This document shows positions 34,067 to 41,075 of a stretch of DNA of 41,075 nt, one piece after another; position 1 is the stretch's first letter; each line of letters opens with the position of its first letter. The notes beneath the pieces are model-generated. The model saw only the letters and a list, made by a program, of their open reading frames with translations. It was not told the origin of the DNA and did not search any database. Source of the DNA: a virus (taxonomy: Duplodnaviria > Caudoviricetes); the IMG/VR virus record IMGVR_UViG_3300037721_000036, positions 1-41,075 of that record; one strand, given 5' to 3'. The translations under genes were made by a program, and so were the position numbers.

Positions 34067-35854
34067 CTACGCCTGTTGCAGGAAGGCGACGGGATCGCCT
34101 CCCGCCCGGTCGCGCACCCGCACCCGCAGGTACTCGATGATCAGATCCACGATGGCCTCGGTGGCGCCCGGTGCGGCCGATACTTCCGCCATGACGCCCC
34201 GCCCGATGCCGCCCGCACGCTCGGCCATGGCCTTGGACTGGCCGGCCGTGTGCACGGTCGAGCCATAGGGAAGGCTCACCAGCTCCGGCCCCTGCTCGCC
34301 CACCCAGACGTCGCCCCCGCGCGCGCCACCGGACGCGGCTCCGGTGATGCCGCCGTGCGCCATGGCCTGCCGGCTGAACACCGACCGGACGGTGTTAGTG
34401 GTCGTGTTGTTGACGTTGTAGTTGAGCGTCCTGGTGCCGGTCGGCATGCCCTCGATGATCTTGCGCAGGGCTGCCAGCTCGGCAGCGCTCGCCCCGGCTG
34501 CAGCGGCCTGCCTGTACAGGGTCTCGGCCAACGCGCGGGCTTTCATCGCGGCCACGGCTGGAGCGTCGCCCTGCTCGATGCAGGCGTTGTAGAAATCCCG
34601 GATGGCTTCTTCGGCAGCCCGGAGCGCGCGGGTGTTCTCGCGCCCGCCCTCGGTGCCGATGTCCCAGTTTTTACCGTTCTCCTTGATCGCCTCGCCGAAT
34701 TCGTCCATGGCTTCCTCGACGGCCATCTGAGCGTCCTTGATGCCGAACAGGTGACCCATGAGCGCGTCATAGTCGCCCGCCAACTGCCGGGCCGCTCCGG
34801 CTGCGTCCTGCATCGCATCGGTGGCGCCCTCCGTGGCGCCCGTCATGGAATAGACGGCCGTGCGCGGGTTGTCGCCGAATGCATCCATGATGGCCCGGCC
34901 GATGCCCTGGATGTCACCCCGCGCGATGGCCCCGATGATGGTTCCAACCTTGTCGAACCATGTGTACACATTGGACAGTGCTTCGACCATGTTGCCGAGA
35001 AACCGGATCGTGGCAGAGATCCAGGTGACCATGTCCTCCATGAACCGTCCGGCACCCTCACTGCCGGCAGCGAAGGATTCGAACATGGACGAGATGGCGG
35101 CACCGATCTTCGGCAGCCCCCGTGACAAGACGTCGATGACCGGGCCGGACGCCTCAAGGGCTTTCGACAGGCCCGGTCCGACCTCACGGATCATGCCGCG
35201 TACGCCCTCGACCAACGGCTTGATGCTGCCGGCCAGGGGCGCCACCATGGCCGTGAGATCGAGCGCTCCGATCTCGCGGCCGATCTCACGGATACCGGCC
35301 TTCACCGGCTCGATGAACGGCCTGCCGGCCTGCAACATGATGTCTTTCATGTCGTCGCCGAACGTGACAGCGGCGCGCTTGACCGCCGGATCCTGGAACG
35401 CCCCGGCGATACCGAGTGCCAACCCGGCGCCACCGATAGCGCCGAGCCCAGCGGCGTTGGCACCGGCACCGATGATCGGGGACGCGGCCACGCCCACGTT
35501 GGTGGCAACGCCGGCCAGAATAGGCGTCTGCGCACCCCGGAGGTTCTTTCCCAGGTCGCCCAGGCTGGCCAGCCCCCCACCGGCCAAGCCCCTGAGTCCG
35601 CCGAGGCCGCCACCACCGTCGACGTCCACCTTCACCCGGACGCGCCGAACCCGGTTCAGCTTCACGTCGAGCGCCGTTACGGCGGTGTCGTCGACGTCGG
35701 TGGTCAGCTTGGGGTCAGGCAGGCCCCGGAGGTTGCGATGGAGGGTCGCGACGTCCTTCTTGAGCGCGTCGAGCTGTGCGCGCAGTTGCGTCCACATCGG
35801 GCCGGTGCGGTTGTCACCGGTCACCACGATCTCAACTTCGTTCAAGGTCGTCAC
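34067..35854 (-). CDS. Tape measure protein (595 aa)
   Basis: Ala/Gly-rich and helical; C-terminal MAHGG...WVGEQGPELV motif; follows the tail chaperones. Confidence 0.85.
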   Translation of the reverse strand: MTTLNEVEIVVTGDNRTGPMWTQLRAQLDALKKDVATLHRNLRGLPDPKLTTDVDDTAVTALDVKLNRVRRVRVKVDVDGGGGLGGLRGLAGGGLASLGDLGKNLRGAQTPILAGVATNVGVAASPIIGAGANAAGLGAIGGAGLALGIAGAFQDPAVKRAAVTFGDDMKDIMLQAGRPFIEPVKAGIREIGREIGALDLTAMVAPLAGSIKPLVEGVRGMIREVGPGLSKALEASGPVIDVLSRGLPKIGAAISSMFESFAAGSEGAGRFMEDMVTWISATIRFLGNMVEALSNVYTWFDKVGTIIGAIARGDIQGIGRAIMDAFGDNPRTAVYSMTGATEGATDAMQDAAGAARQLAGDYDALMGHLFGIKDAQMAVEEAMDEFGEAIKENGKNWDIGTEGGRENTRALRAAEEAIRDFYNACIEQGDAPAVAAMKARALAETLYRQAAAAGASAAELAALRKIIEGMPTGTRTLNYNVNNTTTNTVRSVFSRQAMAHGGITGAASGGARGGDVWVGEQGPELVSLPYGSTVHTAGQSKAMAERAGGIGRGVMAEVSAAPGATEAIVDLIIEYLRVRVRDRAGGDPVAFLQQA

Positions 35855-36056
35855 CCCCTCCCAGATTCTCCAGTGCCAACAGGTACAACAGGCTTGCGTC
35901 TTCGTTCATGATCTGACTCGGCAGGCAGTTGAACCGTGCACACAGCTTGAGGATCGTCTGTGCCTGCGCTAGCTCGACGGGCTTTCGGACAATGCGTCCA
36001 TGGGTATCGACCCCTCCGGGAACCTCTCGCCAGAGCCGGAGGGCCTCGACAAAGGG
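35832..36056 (-). CDS. Tail assembly chaperone, -1 frame extension (gpGT-like)
   Basis: Open -1 frame after C CCT TTG: FVEALRLWR...LKLCARFNCLPSQIMNEDASLLYLLALE. Confidence 0.7.
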   Translation of the reverse strand, partial: PFVEALRLWREVPGGVDTHGRIVRKPVELAQAQTILKLCARFNCLPSQIMNEDASLLYLLALENLGGGDDLERS

Positions 36057-36394
36057 GCGGCAGGCGTGAGTACCGCCACGTTCCACTCCTGTGCGATGGC
36101 GCGCAGCGTCCGGCCGTCGAGCGTCAGCACGCCGTCCAGCGTGGCCGGTACGGCTACCGGCTCGCCGTCCGGACCTTCGTCAGTGATGTTCCAGCTCACC
36201 AGGAATTCGGCGACCTGCTCGGCCATCTGCCGAAGCTGGACCCGTAGATCGGCATCGGTGGCATCGCTGTCGGCCGAGCTCGCCTGCATGAATGCCAGGC
36301 TCTCGCCCACGCTGACGGGCCGGAAGACCACTTCCAGCCCACCCAACTCATGGTCTTCCGGCCAGATGATCCGGTAGTTCTTTCGTACGAACAC
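35969..36394 (-). CDS. Tail assembly chaperone (gpG-like)
   Basis: LVSWNITDE..GEPVAVPAT motif; GTG start with a purine-rich SD; between tail tube and tape measure. Confidence 0.8.
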   Translation of the reverse strand: MFVRKNYRIIWPEDHELGGLEVVFRPVSVGESLAFMQASSADSDATDADLRVQLRQMAEQVAEFLVSWNITDEGPDGEPVAVPATLDGVLTLDGRTLRAIAQEWNVAVLTPAAPLSRPSGSGERFPEGSIPMDALSESPSS

Positions 36395-36437
36395 TGGTAC
36401 CCCTTCCCTCCCTGTCGATCCACTGTGGACGTTCCGC

Positions 36438-36845
36438 TTACGCCCAGGTGGGCACGGTCCCGTCCGCGAGCACACCGGGCGCCGTCCAGACCAGCGACCC
36501 ATCCTGTGCCCGCGTCAGGCTGTAATCCGTGTACAGCAACTCCGCAGCCAGCGTCTGCCCACTGATCGTGAGCGTGGTGGTCCGCGCCACGCTGGTGGAC
36601 GGGACCGTCTTGAACACGTCGTGGCTGGCGTCGGCAGCGTCGTTGAACACGCCGTTGAGTGTCACGCTCATGTCCGCCAGCAACAGGAGACGCTCCATCG
36701 CGCTCTTGTCGATGCCGGTCACATCCTGCACGCCGCGCGGCGTGCTGAACGTCAGGTTGGTCACGTCGTTCTTGATCGCTTTCGCTGCCCCCGCGCTGGT
36801 GTCCACGCTGCACGTGGTCCAGCCCATCCCGGTCTCTTTGGCCAT
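36438..36845 (-). CDS. Major tail (tube) protein, 135 aa
   Basis: Directly upstream of the tail chaperone; ends GTVPTWA; DVTGIDKSAMERL. Confidence 0.75.
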   Translation of the reverse strand: MAKETGMGWTTCSVDTSAGAAKAIKNDVTNLTFSTPRGVQDVTGIDKSAMERLLLLADMSVTLNGVFNDAADASHDVFKTVPSTSVARTTTLTISGQTLAAELLYTDYSLTRAQDGSLVWTAPGVLADGTVPTWA

Positions 36846-36848
36846 TGC

Positions 36849-37118
36849 CTACTCCGTTCCTCTGATCAGTGCTTCCAGTCGGTCCAGCCGTCTGGCATGG
36901 GTGTCTTCCATCTTGTCGAGCCGTTGCAGGATCTCGGAGTTGTCGGCCGCCTCGCCGGCCCCCCAGTCCGTGAAGACGTTGGCGTACACGCTGGCCATCC
37001 AAACCACCTCGACCATGCCCGCCCAGCCGAGCGGGAACGCCGCGACGCCAAGCACCAACCATCCGATGGCACGGGCACGGTGTACCCACACGATCCGCGA
37101 CGGCCGGCGCTTGCTCAC
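36849..37118 (-). CDS. Small membrane protein within the tail operon
   Basis: Two hydrophobic segments and a coiled-coil tail; coupled. Confidence 0.6.
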   Translation of the reverse strand: MSKRRPSRIVWVHRARAIGWLVLGVAAFPLGWAGMVEVVWMASVYANVFTDWGAGEAADNSEILQRLDKMEDTHARRLDRLEALIRGTE

Positions 37119-37342
37119 GTGTCGTCCGGTGCCGTCTCGGACGAACAGACCACGAACGGGCGCAACCCGTTGGCGTACACGCCTTCCAGGTTGATTTCCC
37201 GCGCGTCGCCCGCCATCTCGACATACGCCACGGGAACCTCTCCGACCGCTAGATCGAGCACGATTCGGCGCACCTTGTTCGGATCTACGCCCAGCGACTC
37301 CAGTAGCCCGTTCAGCTCTCCGCCGATCAGCTTGCGACTCAC
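37115..37342 (-). CDS. Hypothetical protein (75 aa)
   Basis: GTGA-coupled at both ends. Confidence 0.6.
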   Translation of the reverse strand: MSRKLIGGELNGLLESLGVDPNKVRRIVLDLAVGEVPVAYVEMAGDAREINLEGVYANGLRPFVVCSSETAPDDT

Positions 37343-37785
37343 CCCCGGTTCACCCTCTCTGCCAGTGCCGCCTGATGCTCGGCGAAATCCTCGACCCAGT
37401 GCTCCGGCCTGGCGTGTACGTGCACACCGCCCAGGTGGGCGCGCCAGTCGCCCAGGCGCGTGAGGTAGTGCGCGGGCCGGTCCAGCGGCACCCGGTGCTC
37501 TTCAAAGCACTTCTGCTCGGCCGGAAACATCAGCGTGACCAGTGCCTCGCCCGGCAGGCTCGCGTCCACGTACCGGCGTCCCGCGTGCATCCGGATGTAA
37601 TTGAGCTGGCTGCGTCCCAGGGTGGTGGCCGGATCGATGATGGTCTTCCAGCCGTTCATGTGACGCGGGCACGCCACATCCTTGCAGGTGGCCACCCGCG
37701 TGTGCGTGGCGAGCGGACTGGAGATGGCGTACGTCTTGTACGCCTGTGCCGGCCCCTGTGGCTCCAGTCGGAATGGCTGGCGCAT
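37339..37785 (-). CDS. Hypothetical tail-region protein with Cys/His motifs (148 aa)
   Basis: CKDVAC...CFEEH...WVEDFAEHQ; TGATG coupling. Confidence 0.7.
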   Translation of the reverse strand: MRQPFRLEPQGPAQAYKTYAISSPLATHTRVATCKDVACPRHMNGWKTIIDPATTLGRSQLNYIRMHAGRRYVDASLPGEALVTLMFPAEQKCFEEHRVPLDRPAHYLTRLGDWRAHLGGVHVHARPEHWVEDFAEHQAALAERVNRG

Positions 37786-38528
37786 CAGAATGCCGTCGCG
37801 GTCGCGTTGACGGTGGCCATCACGACGAACGAGACGGCACTGAACGTGCCCGTGGTGACCACCCGTAGGTACTGCTCGACCGCCTGGACGCCGGACGTGG
37901 CGATCCGCTCGGACGTGAGGCCCGTGACCAGCGTGAAGCCACCCCCGGTGACGTCCGCGAAGGCGTCGCCCCCGCCGTTGTCGCTGGACTGCTGCAACTT
38001 GATCGTGACCGACGTCCCGGTGAAGCTGAACACGTGCAGATACGCCTGTAGCCCGAATGATCCGGGCACCAGGAAGTCGACCCCGGCACCGTTGGTGGCC
38101 GAGGCGTCAGCGCGCGGCCAGGCGGTGAGCAGGCTCCCCCACTCGATCCCGAAGCCGTTGGACTCGGCAGCGACCGATGCCGTCAGCGAGCCGTCCTGTC
38201 CGCGCGTAGGGTCGTACCCGATCTGTTTGGATACCTGAGACGCTGCCGGCGCCCCGATGGTCGATCCGCGTCCGTAGGTGGCGATGACATCGGTGACGGG
38301 CAGGCTACCCAGGCGCGGATGCGCCGCCCCGGCCGCCGGGTTGAAATAGGACGTGAACGCCATCCCGCCCGTACGAATGCCGCCCAGGCGCTCGAAGGCG
38401 CTCTTATTGATCGCCGTGACGTCGAGCGCGGCCGGGCCACCACCGATACGTGACAACGCCTGGATGTCGCCGGACAGGTCGTAGGCTCCGAGTGCGAACC
38501 GGTCGCCCATGCCCCCCTGCTTGGCCAT
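37785..38528 (-). CDS. Tail-tube-like paralog with C-terminal extra domain (247 aa)
   Basis: N-half aligns by eye with 36438-36845. Confidence 0.7.
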   Translation of the reverse strand: MAKQGGMGDRFALGAYDLSGDIQALSRIGGGPAALDVTAINKSAFERLGGIRTGGMAFTSYFNPAAGAAHPRLGSLPVTDVIATYGRGSTIGAPAASQVSKQIGYDPTRGQDGSLTASVAAESNGFGIEWGSLLTAWPRADASATNGAGVDFLVPGSFGLQAYLHVFSFTGTSVTIKLQQSSDNGGGDAFADVTGGGFTLVTGLTSERIATSGVQAVEQYLRVVTTGTFSAVSFVVMATVNATATAF

Positions 38529-38647
38529 CAGGTCCCCTCCTTGGCCGCCCGGTCGGCAGCCTCCCTCTGCTCGCGTGCGATCCGGTCGCGGTCGGCCGCC
38601 TGCTCGCGTGCCACCCGGTCCCGGTCAGCCTGACGGTCGTCGGTCAT
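38528..38647 (-). CDS. Tiny charged repeat peptide (39 aa)
   Basis: MTDDRQADRDRVAREQAADRDRIAREQREAADRAAKEGT; fills the gap exactly, with ATGA and TGATG overlaps. Confidence 0.55.
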   Translation of the reverse strand: MTDDRQADRDRVAREQAADRDRIAREQREAADRAAKEGT

Positions 38648-39102
38648 GGCACCTGCTCCCATGCGTCGTTGATGATCAGCGGGACGGTGATGTCCATGAC
38701 CCGCATCAGCTTGCCACTCTGGTCGATGTATCCGGCCTGCGCGCCGAGTGCCTCACCGGACTGGCCCAGCAGGTCCACAGCCGCAACCGCGCCACCGAGA
38801 GTGAAATCCCCGGTGAAGGCGTTCATCAGCGCGTCCAGGCTGGACAGCATGGCCGGATCGATGGCGTCCTGTGGTTCGGCCAGCATGGGCGAAAACATCC
38901 GGATGGTGAACGTGACCACGGCCGACGTGGCGGCCAGGCCGGACTGGCGCGCGTACGGGCGGACCCGTTGCAGCCACAGAGCCGCCGTCACCCCGTTGCC
39001 GATGGCGCCTTTCGGTTCGTGGGTGTTGACCCGATCGAAGCGACCCAGCCTGAGCGCGGTGGAGGCCAGCGCGTCGGTCAGCGTCTGCGCGTCGATGCTC
39101 AT
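38644..39102 (-). CDS. Putative tail terminator/completion protein
   Basis: Position in the connector cluster; FDRVNTHEP...DFTLGG...DITVPLII. Confidence 0.7.
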   Translation of the reverse strand: MSIDAQTLTDALASTALRLGRFDRVNTHEPKGAIGNGVTAALWLQRVRPYARQSGLAATSAVVTFTIRMFSPMLAEPQDAIDPAMLSSLDALMNAFTGDFTLGGAVAAVDLLGQSGEALGAQAGYIDQSGKLMRVMDITVPLIINDAWEQVP

Positions 39103-39482
39103 CCGCCCATCCGTTCCAGGAAGGGAGGCAGGATCTCGGTAGCCAGGCTCACGGCCCGCTGGTTGGTCTGCTGACGCACGATCCGGAAACTCCGGTACCC
39201 CTTGAACCGGGTGGTGCGGTTACGCGACCCCGTGCCTTCCAGCCACGGCCCGTACACCATGCCGCCGTCATGCACGCGGGTACCACCAGCGGCCCGGTCG
39301 GTGCGTATCTGGGTCCAGTAGTACGGGGTGGGCTTGCGGATGACCTGGATGAGTTGACCGACCACGCGGTTACGCGCCCAGGTCGCTACGTGATCCTGTG
39401 CCGCCGTGGCGTAACGGCCGGCCTCGGCGTCGGCGCGCCGATCGAAGATCGGGCCATGGGCGCGCACGGTCAGGTCGTACAT
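39099..39482 (-). CDS. Putative tail completion/neck protein (HK97 gp10-like)
   Basis: YGPWLEGTGSRN...FKGYRSFR motif; position. Confidence 0.65.
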   Translation of the reverse strand: MYDLTVRAHGPIFDRRADAEAGRYATAAQDHVATWARNRVVGQLIQVIRKPTPYYWTQIRTDRAAGGTRVHDGGMVYGPWLEGTGSRNRTTRFKGYRSFRIVRQQTNQRAVSLATEILPPFLERMGG

Positions 39483-40537
39483 CAGGCACTGCTCCGGATG
39501 CGGGCCTTACGGCCGTGCGAGCAGTAGACCTGATTGCGGAGATCCCGGATGCCCCCCATGGTCACGTTGCGCACGCCTTCACCCGATCCGATGGTCCGGG
39601 CGAAGCCGGAGCGCTCCTGCTGGATCGCCCAGATGGCTTCAGCGATAGCCAGCGCGTTGACCGGGCCGGGCGGGGTGTAACGCCGGACGGCATCGGCAGC
39701 GCTGTGGGAGGCCGCCGTGGTTCCCAGTACGCCCCGGGTGACGGTGAGCCGGCGGGGTGCGTGGATGGCCGTGAACGCCGCGTGGCTGGCCAGGGTGGTC
39801 CCCTGCACGGCCCGCTTGACCACGAGGGTGTCGCCGGCCACGTCCTGGATCTGTACGCGCTCGCTGTCGACCAGCAGGATCTCGCCGGCCGTGTACGCGG
39901 CTCCGCTGACGGTCACGGCCATAGCCGTATCGGTCACGCTGGCGGTGTGTGAGCCGGCCAGTGTCTGGCCGGTGTAGAGCATGGCCCTAGCGTCCACGCT
40001 GACGCGCTCTGAGCCGATGGTGAGTACATCACCCACCCCCATGGCGGCGCCGTTGGTGACGTCGATCGTGGTGACGCTGGCGTTGCACAGAGCCGCGAGC
40101 GCACCGGCGGGCTCGGAGTCGTCACCGTAGCCGTACAGGCCGGTCACGCTCACGGCCCGCTGGTGGCTGGCACCCCCACCGAACGTGGCCGAGCTGGACA
40201 GGCTCAGCTCCAGGCGGTCGTACGGGGGGCCGGACGGGGACGGTTCGAGGTAGTACCCGCTCGCGCCGGGGGCGATGACGACGCCCGCACCGGTCACGGC
40301 GGAAGCCGAGATCAGTTCGTGCTCATCGAGCCACAGGCGGTACCCGCCGCCGGGCGCGGCGGCCGGCCACGGGAATTCCCGGGTGGCCAGGGTCGGGAAG
40401 AAGGCACGGTGACAGAGAGCCTGGACGGCCGACGTGGCGGAAGCACACGCGCGGTCGACCTGTGCGTGTGCACGCACAGAATCTGTCGAGTCCAGAGCAT
40501 CCATGACGGATTCCCTGGTACATAGCCAAATGCCCAT
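39482..40537 (-). CDS. Head-to-tail adaptor with inserted beta domains (351 aa)
   Basis: N-terminal WLCTRESV...ASATSAVQALCHRAF, VSVTGLYGY, C-terminal PGPVNALAIAEA; the MGIW start has an SD. Confidence 0.75.
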   Translation of the reverse strand: MGIWLCTRESVMDALDSTDSVRAHAQVDRACASATSAVQALCHRAFFPTLATREFPWPAAAPGGGYRLWLDEHELISASAVTGAGVVIAPGASGYYLEPSPSGPPYDRLELSLSSSATFGGGASHQRAVSVTGLYGYGDDSEPAGALAALCNASVTTIDVTNGAAMGVGDVLTIGSERVSVDARAMLYTGQTLAGSHTASVTDTAMAVTVSGAAYTAGEILLVDSERVQIQDVAGDTLVVKRAVQGTTLASHAAFTAIHAPRRLTVTRGVLGTTAASHSAADAVRRYTPPGPVNALAIAEAIWAIQQERSGFARTIGSGEGVRNVTMGGIRDLRNQVYCSHGRKARIRSSA

Positions 40538-40691
40538 CTTCCTCGCCTTTGCATTCTGGCCCAGGGTGCCGTAGCTCCCGGAAGTTGGATCAACGTATGG
40601 AGTTGGCATCGGGCCACAGGCGGACTGGAGTGTCTGTGGCCCGATGGTGTGGTCAGCGTACAGGTCACAGACGGGCGGGCACAGGTACACA

Positions 40692-40724
40692 ACACCCCGC
40701 CCCGGATTCGACGGGGCGGGGTGT
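40692..40724 (-). terminator. 13-bp hairpin ending the head operon
   Basis: ACACCCCGCCCCG/CGGGGCGGGGTGT; T-rich tail on the minus strand. Confidence 0.65.
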
Positions 40725-40765
40725 GCGGACGGTCAGGCGGACTGGTGGCCGTCGACCGTCTTTCC

Positions 40766-40927
40766 CTACGGGGTGGGGAGGGAAGGCTTCCACCCGTCAT
40801 AGGGACAGAACCACTCGCCGGAGGCGGATCGGCGTAGTGGTTCGCCATCGTTGGGACAGGCTACTTGTGGCTCTTGTGGCCGCTCGCGTGCTTCCCGCCG
40901 GTACTCGATGAGTTGTTGCCATCCGAT
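40766..40927 (-). CDS. Small Zn-ribbon-like protein, putative ATC start (53 aa)
   Basis: (I/M)GWQQLIEYRREARERPQEPQVACPNDGEPLRRSASGEWFCPYDGWKPSLPTP; AGGGTGA SD 6 nt upstream; no ATG/GTG/TTG in frame. Confidence 0.55.
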   Translation of the reverse strand: MGWQQLIEYRREARERPQEPQVACPNDGEPLRRSASGEWFCPYDGWKPSLPTP

Positions 40928-40948
40928 GACGCATCACCCTTTCCGCCG

Positions 40949-41075
40949 TCGCCGTTGTCCATGAACGCCACCGAGGGGTCGCCTTTCAGATGGTCACCCT
41001 TGGTGGCGTCACGCTCGCCGGCCAGCAGCACCGACGACGGATCCTCGCCACGCCCGACGCGCTCGCGCTCCTCGT
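40949..41075. repeat. Right copy of exact 127-bp terminal overlap
   Basis: Identical to 1-127. Confidence 0.95.

Noticed and set aside
1579-35972. Long antisense ORFs (e.g. 1579-3339+, 11515-13656+, 20680-22122-, 32744-35125+, 34860-35972+)
   Set aside because: They are shadow frames of high-GC genes, opposite clearly recognisable phage proteins and lacking motifs.
40538-40690. N-terminal extension of the adaptor ORF to 40690
   Set aside because: The composition is atypical and a good SD precedes the MGIW start at 40537; the region is more likely intergenic or regulatory.

Overview
The window is an apparently complete, circularly assembled genome of a high-GC tailed actinobacteriophage with siphovirus-type gene organisation. 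It is about 40,948 bp: positions 1-127 are repeated exactly at 40949-41075. The minus strand carries one long run that wraps through the origin: RHH regulator, primase-polymerase/helicase, an iteron-like region, RusA, terminase small and large subunits, HK97-type portal, a MuF-ClpP fusion, major capsid, head-tail connectors, two paralogous tail-tube-like genes, a frameshifted tail chaperone, tape measure, a large tail-tip protein and the lysis cassette. The plus strand (about 14.0-27.9 kb) is an early/accessory arm with a BRO/KilAC antirepressor-like gene, SF2 helicase, PD-(D/E)XK nuclease, putative SSB and many small unknown genes. I saw no integrase, cI-type repressor or ParA. Most notable signals: (1) a promoter-driven ~500-nt array of tRNA-like RNAs at 24.26-24.75 kb, with T-arms and stems closed by ACCA; (2) a genome-wide set of promoters carrying an 18-bp palindrome (CTAACAGGTACCTGTTAG), one copy beside the RHH gene; (3) a hidden Cys-motif ORF that seems to need an ATC start; (4) paired DnaA boxes. 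All product calls come from motifs, synteny and recalled family features, not database searches.
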